Assembly (NCBI GenBank): GCA_045536725.1
Contig: JAZSOC010000034.1
Location: 17,228-81,227 of the forward strand
From: Candidatus Nanosyncoccus sp.
Lineage (GTDB): Bacteria; Patescibacteriota; Saccharimonadia; Saccharimonadales; Saccharimonadaceae
Direction of reading: 5' to 3'
Length of the DNA stretch: 64,000 nt
Below, in pieces: positions 30,212 through 39,779 of the stretch (position 1 is its first letter; every line of letters starts with the position of its first letter). The position numbers were made by a program, and so were the translations under genes. The notes beneath the pieces are model-generated. The model searched no databases. It was given only the letters and a program-made list of their open reading frames with translations, and had not been told where the DNA came from.

Positions 30212-31037
30212 CTCCTAATAATTCAAATAATAGCTCCACATTACTCCTAATTGTATCATCTAGCATCATCACTTGGGCTCTCACTAGAGCTAAGGCATCA
30301 CCAGTTCTTATCTCCACATTGAATGCATCATCTGGCATTTCCTCAACGCACTCATCATTTACTATTCCATCAATCACACAACCATTCTCATTATATAGCT
30401 GATACTCTTTAATTGCTTCCCGTACATACCCAGTCATAGATATATAATATTCATACATTTCATCATTTTCATCCACTGCTGACTCCAGCTCCCTAAGTAA
30501 ACTCTCAGCCATATCCTTTCTCAAAGCATCCTTCACTTCATCAGTATAAGCCAGTCTTGTTTCTCTTCTATACACCTCTAATATACCAGCCTGTTTCACT
30601 AAAATATCATGCGCTTCCCCACTCTTCACAGCTTTTAATGCTGTCTCATACTTCTTATTCAACTCTTCCCAATATTCATCCGCATTTTCAGGAGAACGTA
30701 ATGCCATCTCTTCAAATTTGAATTCCGTATTACTACTTAGTATTTCACTATTACTAAAATCCTGCTCATCTTCCACATCTTCAGCCCCAGCCAGTAGATA
30801 ATTCGCATAATCTTCAAACTTTTTCCAAGCACCACTGCCGCCCCCCGTCTTATACGTATTAGTAATCAGAATCGTCACCACTAAGCATATTATTGCCGCA
30901 ATCACTGCCGCCGCAATCACTAGAATTACTTTTTTCTTATTATCCCCCGCCGGCTCACTCGGCACCAAAATAATATCACCCGCATCATTCCCAGGGGTCA
31001 CCCAGCCCCCACCTGCCTGCTGATTCACCGGTCCCAT
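30198..31037 (-). CDS. Single-pass membrane protein with acidic helical ectodomain
   Basis: 279 aa with one TM helix (VILVIAAAVIAAIICLVVTILI). It overlaps the downstream 1126-aa gene by 14 nt. Confidence 0.45.
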   Translation of the reverse strand: MGPVNQQAGGGWVTPGNDAGDIILVPSEPAGDNKKKVILVIAAAVIAAIICLVVTILITNTYKTGGGSGAWKKFEDYANYLLAGAEDVEDEQDFSNSEILSSNTEFKFEEMALRSPENADEYWEELNKKYETALKAVKSGEAHDILVKQAGILEVYRRETRLAYTDEVKDALRKDMAESLLRELESAVDENDEMYEYYISMTGYVREAIKEYQLYNENGCVIDGIVNDECVEEMPDDAFNVEIRTGDALALVRAQVMMLDDTIRSNVELLFELLGGGSE

Positions 31038-31110
31038 ACTTACTCCTATTATACCATAAGCACCATCAAATCAACAAAAAAGTTGCAACCTTCGCCACAA
31101 CTTTTTTAGC

Positions 31111-32073
31111 TTAAATCATCATCCCACTATATATCACGTAGGTATAATATGCCACAAACACCGCCAGCATCACCACCCCCTCCACACGCGTAATCCTCCG
31201 GTCGTTCCGCGCAAAGACATAAAGCAGTACCGCCGATAGAATCATTGCGATAATATCAATATAATTAAAGGTTACATTCGGAATCGTTCCAAATAGTGCC
31301 ACCGGCAACCCTAACACCAGCCCCACGTTAAAGATGTTTGACCCCACCACGTTACCGATTGCAATATCATATTCCCCTTTCCTTGTTGCCGTCACCGAAG
31401 TCACAAGCTCCGGCAAAGATGTCCCAAGCGCCACTACCGTTAGCGCAATCATTCTTTCGCTTACCCCCAGTCCCGCTGCTACTCCTGATGCTCCATTCAC
31501 CACTAGCTGGCTCCCCACCACAATCGCGATAATCCCACCTACCGTCCAAAGTACCGCCTTCGGTAACTTCATATATTCACTTGGCTTCCCTACCTCTTTC
31601 TCAGTCCTCTGCGCCATCTTCACGAGATAGTAGATGAACACACAGAACGTCAAAATCAACGCAATTCCATCCCCTCTCGCAAACATATTCGGTATCCCCG
31701 AAAGTAACTCATCGCACATCAGCGCCGCAAACATTAACGTCATTAAAATTACAATTGGCAGTTCCCGCTTCACCGTATCATCCTTCACCACTAGCGAATG
31801 GAACATCGATGCCACTCCTAGAATCAACAATACATTCAATATATTCGACCCCACCACGTTGCCAATCACAATGTCTCCGCTCCCCGACAAAATCGATTGA
31901 ATACTCACCGCTAATTCTGGCGCACTCGTCCCAAACGCCACAATCGTCAGACCAATCAACATCTTCGGCACCCTTAACCGCCCCGCGACCGAGGACGCCC
32001 CATCCACAAACACATCCGCCCCCTTAATCAAAACAACAAAACCAAGTATAAGAAATATGATATTGAGTAACAT
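31111..32073 (-). CDS. CaCA family Na+/Ca2+ exchanger (YrbG-like)
   Basis: 320 aa with about 10 TM helices and two alpha-repeats, GNVVGSNILNVLLILG and GNVVGSNIFNVGLVLG. Confidence 0.85.
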   Translation of the reverse strand: MLLNIIFLILGFVVLIKGADVFVDGASSVAGRLRVPKMLIGLTIVAFGTSAPELAVSIQSILSGSGDIVIGNVVGSNILNVLLILGVASMFHSLVVKDDTVKRELPIVILMTLMFAALMCDELLSGIPNMFARGDGIALILTFCVFIYYLVKMAQRTEKEVGKPSEYMKLPKAVLWTVGGIIAIVVGSQLVVNGASGVAAGLGVSERMIALTVVALGTSLPELVTSVTATRKGEYDIAIGNVVGSNIFNVGLVLGLPVALFGTIPNVTFNYIDIIAMILSAVLLYVFARNDRRITRVEGVVMLAVFVAYYTYVIYSGMMI

Positions 32074-32080
32074 AAGCTTA

Positions 32081-34519
32081 TTATAACACGCCCCAATTGT
32101 TTCCGCTAGTCACTTCCACGTTAAAGCTTATCGGAAGTTCCGGTGCAATTCCCTCCATCGTCTTTCGCAAAATCTCCGAGACCTCTTCACGCAATTCAGT
32201 CTCACATTCCACTATCAACGAATCGTGCACCTGCAGAATCAATTCCGCCCCCTCCGGCAACAACTTATCCACCTTAATCATCGCCCGCTTCATCAAATCA
32301 GCCTCCGTCCCCTGAATTGGCATATTCTGCGCCGCTCTTTCTGCACCCATTCTAATCATATAATTCGACGATTTCACATCTGGCGTCGGTCTCCTCCGTC
32401 CATAAAATGTCGCCACATATCCCTCATTTCGCGCCTGTGCCAATGTGTCATCAAGATACTTTCTTATTGCCTTTCGCACTTCAAAGTAATGGTCAATAAA
32501 TTCCTTCGCCTCCACCACATTCATCCCAGCCGCTTCCGCGAGACCCTTCGCGCTCATTCCGTACAACACTCCAAAGTTAATCACTTTCGCCGCGCGCCGC
32601 TGTCTCTTCGTCACCTCACTCATCGGCACACCAAATACTTCCGAAGCCGTCTTCGTATGTACATCTACTCCCGAATTAAAGGTCTCCGTCAGACCATCAT
32701 CCCCAGAAAGCACCGCCGCAAGTCGCAGTTCAAACTGTGAATAATCCGCCGATACAAAGCATCTCCCCTCCGGCGCAATGAATCCTTCCCTTATCCTCTT
32801 CCCTGCCTCCGTTCGTACTGGAATATTTTGTAAATTCGGATTTAAGCTTGATAATCTTCCCGTCGCCGTTACATTCTGCGTAAAAGTCGTATGTATCCTC
32901 GATTCTTTATCCACCATGTCTGTCAATGGTAAAATATAAGTTGACAATAACTTCGCCACTTCCCGATATTCTAGGATTTTCGGAATTATCGGATGCTCAT
33001 CCTTCAATTTTTCTAGCTCTTTCGCTCCAGTAGAATAACCTCTCGACGTCTTTTTTATTCCCTTCACCGGCAAGCCCATCTTCTCAAACAGTATTTCCGA
33101 TAGCTGCATCGGCGAATTGATATTAAAGGCCACACCCGCCAATTCATTAATTTCCTGCACTAGCTCATTAATTTTTACTTCATACTCTTCTTTTAGTTTC
33201 CCAAAATATTCCTTATCTAGCTTTATCCCCCACTTTTCCATTTTATAAAGCACTGGAATCAGTGGTAAATCATACTCCGTAAAAATCCTATATAGCTGCT
33301 CATTTTTCTCAAATAACTTTTTCTGTCGCCAATATTCCCTCTTTTTATCAATTACTTCATCTTCATTCCTTCGCACCAAAGGATCTAATAAGAATCTCCC
33401 CTGCTCTAAATCCCAGAATTTTTCACCTGCCAGAATCCTTTTTGCTAACCTTTCATCTTCATGCATCTTCTTTTTTATATTAAAATCAATAATCACATCC
33501 TCTGGCAAATCTTCCGCTTCCTCTACTTCTTCTTCCTCCGCTTCATCCATATGACCTAATATTTCTCGCTCAAATCTTTTTACCAAAGACCTAAACTCTA
33601 ATTTATTTAATTCCCTTAGGACTCTTTTTCCATCAATTACAAAATCTGGTATCTCATTTATTGTTACCGGCGCATCCGTCATAATCTTTGCTAAACTCTT
33701 AGACATATATGCCAGCTCTTTCCCCGCCTCTAATCTCTTTGCCATACCGGGCGCTATCTCACCCAAATTTGCATAAATTCCGTCTAGATCACCGTATTTT
33801 TCCAGCAACTTCGCCGCACCCTTCTCGCCAATCCCCGGCACACCTGGAATATTATCTGAACTATCCCCCTTCAGCGCTTTTAGATCCAAGAATTGCTCTT
33901 TCTTAATGCCGTACTTTTCTTCCACTGCCGCCACATCCATTTTCTGTATATCAGAAAAACCTCTCATCACTCGGTACATTACCACATTATCATTCACCAC
34001 CTGCAGCATATCAAGATCCGACGATATAATTACCATAGACCAGGGTTGCGCATTAGTGGCAGAATTATGCGAGGAAGCGGGAGTAGCGGAAGGAGCCGTA
34101 TTTGGCATACGGCGACTGAGCAACGCATCCGCTGACGAAGCAGAATCCGCCACCTGATGCGCAAGCGTACCAATGATGTCATCGGCCTCATACCCATCGC
34201 ACTCCAAAAACCCCCACGAAAGCGCTGCTATTAGTTCCTTCAATAACGGTATCTGCGCGTAAAAATCCTCTGGCGGCTTCACTCGCCCAGCCTTATATTC
34301 CGGATAGATTGCTAATCTCTTCTCAGTCGATGTTCCCGCCTTATCCCACGCCACCACTACTTTGTCCGGCTTCAGCCTCCGCACAATTTCCATCGCAATC
34401 ACTGCAAATCCATACACCCCACTCGTCGACTGCCCATCTTTTGTCGAAAGTGTCCCCATCGCATAATATCCTCGATAGAAAACACTTTTACCGTCTATCA
34501 CCACCAGCTTCTTCATCAC
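32081..34519 (-). CDS. polA: DNA polymerase I
   Basis: 812 aa with a 5'-nuclease domain (YEADDIIGTLA, SSDLDMLQ) and polymerase motifs (DYSQFELR, RRAAKVINFGVLYGMS, QVHDSL). It contains the in-frame repeat at 34046-34164. Confidence 0.95.
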   Translation of the reverse strand: MMKKLVVIDGKSVFYRGYYAMGTLSTKDGQSTSGVYGFAVIAMEIVRRLKPDKVVVAWDKAGTSTEKRLAIYPEYKAGRVKPPEDFYAQIPLLKELIAALSWGFLECDGYEADDIIGTLAHQVADSASSADALLSRRMPNTAPSATPASSHNSATNAQPWSMVIISSDLDMLQVVNDNVVMYRVMRGFSDIQKMDVAAVEEKYGIKKEQFLDLKALKGDSSDNIPGVPGIGEKGAAKLLEKYGDLDGIYANLGEIAPGMAKRLEAGKELAYMSKSLAKIMTDAPVTINEIPDFVIDGKRVLRELNKLEFRSLVKRFEREILGHMDEAEEEEVEEAEDLPEDVIIDFNIKKKMHEDERLAKRILAGEKFWDLEQGRFLLDPLVRRNEDEVIDKKREYWRQKKLFEKNEQLYRIFTEYDLPLIPVLYKMEKWGIKLDKEYFGKLKEEYEVKINELVQEINELAGVAFNINSPMQLSEILFEKMGLPVKGIKKTSRGYSTGAKELEKLKDEHPIIPKILEYREVAKLLSTYILPLTDMVDKESRIHTTFTQNVTATGRLSSLNPNLQNIPVRTEAGKRIREGFIAPEGRCFVSADYSQFELRLAAVLSGDDGLTETFNSGVDVHTKTASEVFGVPMSEVTKRQRRAAKVINFGVLYGMSAKGLAEAAGMNVVEAKEFIDHYFEVRKAIRKYLDDTLAQARNEGYVATFYGRRRPTPDVKSSNYMIRMGAERAAQNMPIQGTEADLMKRAMIKVDKLLPEGAELILQVHDSLIVECETELREEVSEILRKTMEGIAPELPISFNVEVTSGNNWGVL
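34046..34164 (-). repeat. In-frame palindromic insertion element, copy 1 (inside polA)
   Basis: Terminal inverted arms ttgcgcattagtggc and gccacctgatgcgcaa, and a central hairpin at 34095-34113. The 70-nt core (34071-34140) is 57/70 identical to 44459-44528. It encodes SSADALLSRRMPNTAPSATPASS. Confidence 0.8.
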
Positions 34520-34533
34520 CGCCTCCTTTAATA

Positions 34534-35094
34534 CTAAAAATCAATTTCTTGTAGAATCTTATCAATCTGCTCGTGCATTGCATCCACTGAACCATCATTC
34601 ATCACATAATAATCCGCCCCCGCAATCGGTCCACCTTTTTCTAAATTCTCAATTTCTGAACGGTCTCTTTCTTGAATCTCCTCAGCATTAAATGGCCGCT
34701 CTGGACGCTGTGCTACCCTCTTATATCGAAGAGCCTTTGGTACTATCACCGCCATAAAAGTCAATGCTCCCGGGAATTCATGTTTCAGTATTTTATACTC
34801 CGTCCAAGAATATACTCCGTCCAGCACAATCCTCTTTTGGCCAGCATCAATGAGGCTATGCACTTCCTTTATCACTTGCTGCACCACCCAATCCTTCCCC
34901 TCCTGCTCACGAATCAGCTCTCTAAACTTCTTTTCATTTTCCGCATTAATTTCAATCCCCCGCTCCTTCATCCCTTTCAAAATCATCCCACCAAAATAAA
35001 CCTTCGGATATCCCTTATCCGTCAAATAATCCACCGCTACAGACTTCCCACTACCACTCATCCCCACCACTGCAATTATCTTCACATTACTCAT
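34534..35094 (-). CDS. P-loop nucleotide kinase (CoaE/UPF0200-like)
   Basis: 186 aa with Walker A GMSGSGKS, a lid-like RPERPFNAEEIQERDRSE, and a position next to polA, as coaE often is. Confidence 0.45.
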   Translation of the reverse strand: MSNVKIIAVVGMSGSGKSVAVDYLTDKGYPKVYFGGMILKGMKERGIEINAENEKKFRELIREQEGKDWVVQQVIKEVHSLIDAGQKRIVLDGVYSWTEYKILKHEFPGALTFMAVIVPKALRYKRVAQRPERPFNAEEIQERDRSEIENLEKGGPIAGADYYVMNDGSVDAMHEQIDKILQEIDF

Positions 35095-35106
35095 ATCTTT
35101 AGTATA

Positions 35107-35997
35107 TCATATCTTAAAGACTTTTATCGGCGTCTCCACCTTCCTAAACTCCAGCTGACTCACCTTATCAAACAACTTATATTCTCCCTCAGACTGCAAT
35201 ACTACTCTTGCTGGTTCACTAAACTTTAACACATCCCCCTTCGTTTCCCTACCTGGCACTTTCCTTAAACTTTTTAACATAAATGTTGCTAGCTTCAAAA
35301 AATTTTTATTCTTTCCAGTTGCTCGCCAAAAAACTTTCTTCCTTAAATAATAATCTCCACCCTTCATCACCCGCGCCAACGTTCCCCCATTCACTGCCAA
35401 ATAATCAGACCCCTCAAACTTCCTCCCGTTTATCATCACCGTTGGCAAAAACTCCTGCTTCCGATTCTTAAAATACCATTTCGCCAAAGTCCATACAGAA
35501 AACACTAGCCTCTTCTTATATTTAATTAATTTCTCCCGCACCGCATGCTCATCGAAGACCGCTGTTGACTCCGCAAACATCCCTGCTGAAAAATACCCTA
35601 ACGCATATCTAAAATGATTCCCATCCACTAAACATTCCAAGCTATAAGTTTCTGCCGTCTTTGCTTTTAATGTCTTTTCCAAACTTTTTGTACCCAACAT
35701 CCTGGCCACATCATTAAAGTTCCCATAGCCCAGCACCCCCAGCCGCACATCTTTTCCCGATAATATAATACTATTCACCCCCACTTCCGTCGTACCATCC
35801 CCCCCAGCCGTCACCACGATATCACCATCCTTTAAAATCCTGGCCAGCTTCCTTGCATTCTCATCCACACTCCGCCCATACACTTCAAATCTCCCCACCA
35901 TATACCCAGCCAACTTCCTCGCCGGATCCAGCACATCTTTTTTAATTTCTTTCACTCGCGTTGAGCGAGAATTATAAACAATTACCAATCTCTGCAT
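35107..35997 (-). CDS. Diacylglycerol/lipid kinase family protein (YegS/BmrU-like)
   Basis: It carries the GGDGT motif (VVTAGGDGTTEVGVN). The likely start is MQRLVIVYNS at 35997, sharing a TAATG overlap with the upstream pilin gene stop. The ORF track extends to 36051. Confidence 0.6.
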   Translation of the reverse strand: MQRLVIVYNSRSTRVKEIKKDVLDPARKLAGYMVGRFEVYGRSVDENARKLARILKDGDIVVTAGGDGTTEVGVNSIILSGKDVRLGVLGYGNFNDVARMLGTKSLEKTLKAKTAETYSLECLVDGNHFRYALGYFSAGMFAESTAVFDEHAVREKLIKYKKRLVFSVWTLAKWYFKNRKQEFLPTVMINGRKFEGSDYLAVNGGTLARVMKGGDYYLRKKVFWRATGKNKNFLKLATFMLKSLRKVPGRETKGDVLKFSEPARVVLQSEGEYKLFDKVSQLEFRKVETPIKVFKI

Positions 35998-36440
35998 TAA
36001 TTCCCATTCCCAAATAGCCCACCAGGAAGAAGGAACTGTAGCACGCCCCACATCAAAGCATACACTGCTAGACCTATTACAATCTGCAATAATCTATCCT
36101 TTGCCTTTTGTACTTTGGAAGCATCATCTTTTGCTGTAATATATTGATATCCAGATAGCACAATCCCTATCGTTGCCAATATTCCCACGCCAAAAGTCAT
36201 CACCGTTAAAACAATGTTCAATATATCAAAAATCCCCTCTCCATCGTCACCAGTCTTCATACAACGGATCTTATTCCCCTTCGCATCCTTATAAGCCTTA
36301 CCGTCTTTGTCCGTTGAACTACCTAAAATGCTTGTCTGCACATAGCCATCTGGACAGCCAGCAGCCTGCACCTTCCCAGGCATCAGTACCGCCGCGCCCA
36401 TCATTATTACTGCTGCTACTATGGCTATCTTTTTCTTCAT
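35997..36440 (-). CDS. T4SS_pilin family (VirB2/TrbC-like) small membrane protein
   Basis: 147 aa with a signal peptide and two TM helices flanking SGYQYITAKDDASKVQKAKDRLLQIVIGL. This matches the pattern I recall for the CPR-abundant T4SS pilin family (PF18895). Confidence 0.6.
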   Translation of the reverse strand: MKKKIAIVAAVIMMGAAVLMPGKVQAAGCPDGYVQTSILGSSTDKDGKAYKDAKGNKIRCMKTGDDGEGIFDILNIVLTVMTFGVGILATIGIVLSGYQYITAKDDASKVQKAKDRLLQIVIGLAVYALMWGVLQFLLPGGLFGNGN

Positions 36441-36442
36441 TA

Positions 36443-37414
36443 TTACCTCAAATATTCATGTAATTTCTTCGTATCTTTATGCTTGCGTAATTTCGATAGT
36501 GCCTTTGCTTCAATCTGGCGAATACGCTCTCTAGTTACAGAAAACTCCGCCCCCACCTCTTCCAACGTATGTGGCCGGCCACCGCCCACACCAAAACGCA
36601 ACTTAATAATCTTCTGTTCTCTCTCAGACAATGTAGTCAATATTTCCGCTAGCTGTTCCTTCAAAATCTGCGTCGCCGCAGAATCCTCTGGTGTAATTCT
36701 CTCTTCATCTTCCACAAAGTCACCTAGCACAGAATCCTCATCCTCACCGTCCCGTCCTACTGATGCATCTAGTGATGCAATGTCTTGCTTAATCCGCATC
36801 ACATATTCAATCTTCTCTACATCCATTTCCATTTCTTTGGCAATCTCTTCCGTAGTCGGCTCACGGTTCAGTTCTTGAGTTAGCTTCCTTGTCGTACGCA
36901 GCACTTTATTAATAGTTTCCACCATATGCACTGGAATACGAATCGTCCTTGCCTGATCAGCAATTGCCCTTGTGATCGCCTGGCGAATCCACCATGTTGC
37001 ATAAGTAGAAAACTTAAAACCTTTATCCGGATCAAATTTCTCCACCGCACGAAGTAATCCGGTATTCCCTTCCTGAATCAAATCCAGAAAATCCAGCCCT
37101 CTCCCAGAATAACGCTTCGCAATAGACACCACTAGGCGCATGTTTGCTTCCACCATTTTATCTTTAGCACGTTTATCTCCCTTCGCGGCTTTTTGTGCTA
37201 ACTTCTGTTCCTCTTCTTGAGTCAAAAGTGGAATCTTACCAATTTCCCTTAAATACAGACGTACGGAATCATCCGCAAAAGAATCCACATTATCAACAGT
37301 AATCTCTAGCTCTTCATCGGAAAGCTCTTCTTCGTCATCAAGCTCCCCCATATCAGGCTCTTGCGGCTCTATTGTAGCCGCCCCCACCAAAATATCATCT
37401 TGTTCTTCCTTCAT
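36443..37414 (-). CDS. rpoD: RNA polymerase sigma-70 factor RpoD
   Basis: 323 aa with regions 1.2-4 ([36 protein letters not shown]). Confidence 0.95.
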   Translation of the reverse strand: MKEEQDDILVGAATIEPQEPDMGELDDEEELSDEELEITVDNVDSFADDSVRLYLREIGKIPLLTQEEEQKLAQKAAKGDKRAKDKMVEANMRLVVSIAKRYSGRGLDFLDLIQEGNTGLLRAVEKFDPDKGFKFSTYATWWIRQAITRAIADQARTIRIPVHMVETINKVLRTTRKLTQELNREPTTEEIAKEMEMDVEKIEYVMRIKQDIASLDASVGRDGEDEDSVLGDFVEDEERITPEDSAATQILKEQLAEILTTLSEREQKIIKLRFGVGGGRPHTLEEVGAEFSVTRERIRQIEAKALSKLRKHKDTKKLHEYLR

Positions 37415-37446
37415 TGTTTATAATTATACCTACTTTTCCCTATTTT

Positions 37447-39069
37447 TCAACCTATTTTATGCTTTTTTCTTAGAGTCATAATCTCACGCATAATCTTCTT
37501 TGCTTCTTCTTCGTCGCTCTCTTCTGCTTCCGCCAGCTTCCGCTCCAACTCGTCGATCTCACGCTGCACCCGCTCTTTTTCTAGTGCTTTTTTCAGCTCC
37601 TTCACTTCCTCGTCCAGCATCCTCGGCGTCCACTTGCCATACCGCGTTTCATAGACCAACTCCAGCTCCGCTAGTCTCACCTCATCTTCCGGCATCTCCA
37701 AATCCGCCTCTACCGTCTGCCCTCCATAAATCATAATCGAAAGCAGATTATCTTCTAGCCGCTTCAACACATCACTTTTTTGTTCCGTCTTTACCTGTTT
37801 TAATCGCGATTTCTTGTTTTCAAATTTCTTCCCCTTCAAATCTTCTACGCTCACATCCAGCCGTTTCGCCACTAGCTGTTCATAATGTTTTTTCTCCACT
37901 GGATCTTGTAAAAAGTTAATCACCCTCATCGCAATATCAGAATATTCTTTCTTCCCTGGCCCAGATGTTAAATCTAGTCTTTCCTCGTACTGGTTCAGTA
38001 GCCATTCCACTGCTGGTAACCTCTCCTCCACTGCCTTTTGCCACAAAATTGGATCTTTCTGAATTAACTCATCTGGATCTTTTGCATCACCATAGCCAGA
38101 TATTACTGATAAATCTATCCCTAGCTTCCCCGCCAGCATTATCGCCCGCTCTGCCGCCTGCACTCCTGCTGCGTCCCCATCATAAGCCAGCCGTATATCG
38201 CCCGTCAACCGTGATAATATCTTCAGGTGCATTTCTGTCATCGCTGTTCCACTAGTCGCCACTGCCTCCTTCACTCCTGCCTGATGCGACGATATCACAT
38301 CCATATTCCCTTCCACTATCACAATAAAATTACTACGTCGTACTGCATCTTTAGCATGATACAAACCAAACACGAATCGGCTCTTATTAAAAAGCAACGT
38401 TTCTGGCGTGTTCAAATATTTTGGCTCGCCCTTGTCTAAAATTCTCGCCGTAAAGCCTATCACCTGCCCATCCGTATCAATAAATGGCACCATCATCCGC
38501 CCCCTAAATAAGTCGCCACCATATTGATTTAAAAGCCCTGCATCTTTTATTTCACTATCCCTATAACCCTTCTTTTTCAAAAAGTTTAGAAGTGATCTAC
38601 CATCCTTCGGCGCATAACCTATCCTAAATTCTTTCACCGTAGCTTTATTCAAATTCCGTTTATAAAAAACATACTCACATACCGGCTTATTCCGCGTCAG
38701 ACATACTTGATAATATTTACATGCCCATTCCAAGCATTCCCTCATCCTCACCTTTCGCGCAGCAATCTTCTTATCTCCACCAGTATACTTTGGCAAGTCC
38801 ACTCCTGCCTGCCCTGCCAACTTTTCTAGCGCTTCTCTAAACGGTATCCCCTCCACCTCCATAATAAACGTAAAGATATCTCCGCCCTTATTCGCCGAAA
38901 AATCATGCCATATCCCCTTCTCTGGCGACACCATAAAAGATGGGGTCTTATCTACGCCCCAAGGACTCCGCCCTTTCAAGCTCCGGCCAGCACGCTTCAA
39001 TTCAATATACTGCCCCACCACATCTTCCACTGGCAGCCGTGCCCTAATTTCCTCCTTCACGTCCTCCAT
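37447..39069 (-). CDS. dnaG: DNA primase DnaG
   Basis: Zinc-finger region, a TOPRIM domain (IVEGNMDV, YDGDAAG). The start at MEDVKEEI (39069) lies 6 nt after TGGTATAAT. The ORF track extends to 39138. Confidence 0.9.
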   Translation of the reverse strand: MEDVKEEIRARLPVEDVVGQYIELKRAGRSLKGRSPWGVDKTPSFMVSPEKGIWHDFSANKGGDIFTFIMEVEGIPFREALEKLAGQAGVDLPKYTGGDKKIAARKVRMRECLEWACKYYQVCLTRNKPVCEYVFYKRNLNKATVKEFRIGYAPKDGRSLLNFLKKKGYRDSEIKDAGLLNQYGGDLFRGRMMVPFIDTDGQVIGFTARILDKGEPKYLNTPETLLFNKSRFVFGLYHAKDAVRRSNFIVIVEGNMDVISSHQAGVKEAVATSGTAMTEMHLKILSRLTGDIRLAYDGDAAGVQAAERAIMLAGKLGIDLSVISGYGDAKDPDELIQKDPILWQKAVEERLPAVEWLLNQYEERLDLTSGPGKKEYSDIAMRVINFLQDPVEKKHYEQLVAKRLDVSVEDLKGKKFENKKSRLKQVKTEQKSDVLKRLEDNLLSIMIYGGQTVEADLEMPEDEVRLAELELVYETRYGKWTPRMLDEEVKELKKALEKERVQREIDELERKLAEAEESDEEEAKKIMREIMTLRKKHKIG

Positions 39070-39127
39070 AGTTTCATTATACCACCCTTGAAAATATGAA
39101 AAAGCATATATATAATATATAGTAGTT

Positions 39128-39742
39128 ATGGATAACATGTCTTACCTTCAATCTATCTCCGCCAAACCTAAAAAATCTGGTCCTCTCGGCGGCAATCTCT
39201 TCTCTAAAAAGTTTCTCATTCCCCTTATCGCCGTCGCTATTATTTCCATTCTCATTATCATTGTTGGCAGCATCTCCGGCAGCAAGCCTAAAAACCTCGA
39301 CATCACCGTCCGCCTCAGCGACCGCACCGCTAATCTCACTAAGACCGTTGACAAATACACCCCTCTCCTTAAATCCTCAGAGCTTCGCGGCATGGGTAGC
39401 TCCTTTTCCAGCATCTTAAAGACCACCTCCGTCCCCCTCACTAACTCCGTCAAAAATGATTTCGCCAAAGCCAGCAAGACCACTCTTGACGATATTGCCG
39501 CCGAAGAAACAGAATATATCACCAACGTTAATAACACCTTAGAAAACGCCCGCCTCAATGCCATTTTAGATCGCACTTTCGCCCGCGAAATCGCCTATCA
39601 AATTGCCATGCTCCGCACCCTCCAACAAGATTGTATCAATAACACTAAAAATGACACTCTCAAGTCTTCCCTTGAAAGCTCCGTTGATAGTCTCAATAAT
39701 CTTTATGAACAATTCATGAATTACAGCAGTAAAACTGATTAA
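39128..39742 (+). CDS. Membrane-anchored hypothetical protein
   Basis: 204 aa with one N-terminal TM helix and a helical ectodomain. I recognised no motif. Confidence 0.45.
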   Translation: MDNMSYLQSISAKPKKSGPLGGNLFSKKFLIPLIAVAIISILIIIVGSISGSKPKNLDITVRLSDRTANLTKTVDKYTPLLKSSELRGMGSSFSSILKTTSVPLTNSVKNDFAKASKTTLDDIAAEETEYITNVNNTLENARLNAILDRTFAREIAYQIAMLRTLQQDCINNTKNDTLKSSLESSVDSLNNLYEQFMNYSSKTD

Positions 39743-39779
39743 TATTTATACATTCCCTCTGGTATGATATAATTGCCTC

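Noticed and set aside
34071-34090. Resemblance of the left part of the in-frame palindromic element (aggaagcgggagtagcgg) to the tRNA-Ser 3' end (cggaagcgagaggattc), hinting at a tRNA origin
   Set aside because: There are only about 11/14 matches over a short G/A-rich stretch, and the alignment does not extend. This is insufficient to claim homology.
34046-34164. Mini-intein or intron explanation for the polA and pyrG inserts
   Set aside because: At about 100 nt the insert is too short. It has no intein splice-junction residues (Cys, Ser or Thr with a terminal His-Asn) and no group I or II intron features. An in-frame translated repeat is the simpler reading.
34672-35229. 185-aa plus-strand ORF
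   Set aside because: It lies antisense to the P-loop kinase and lipid kinase genes. Its composition is His/Leu/Pro-rich, typical of antisense frames, and it has no promoter or SD.
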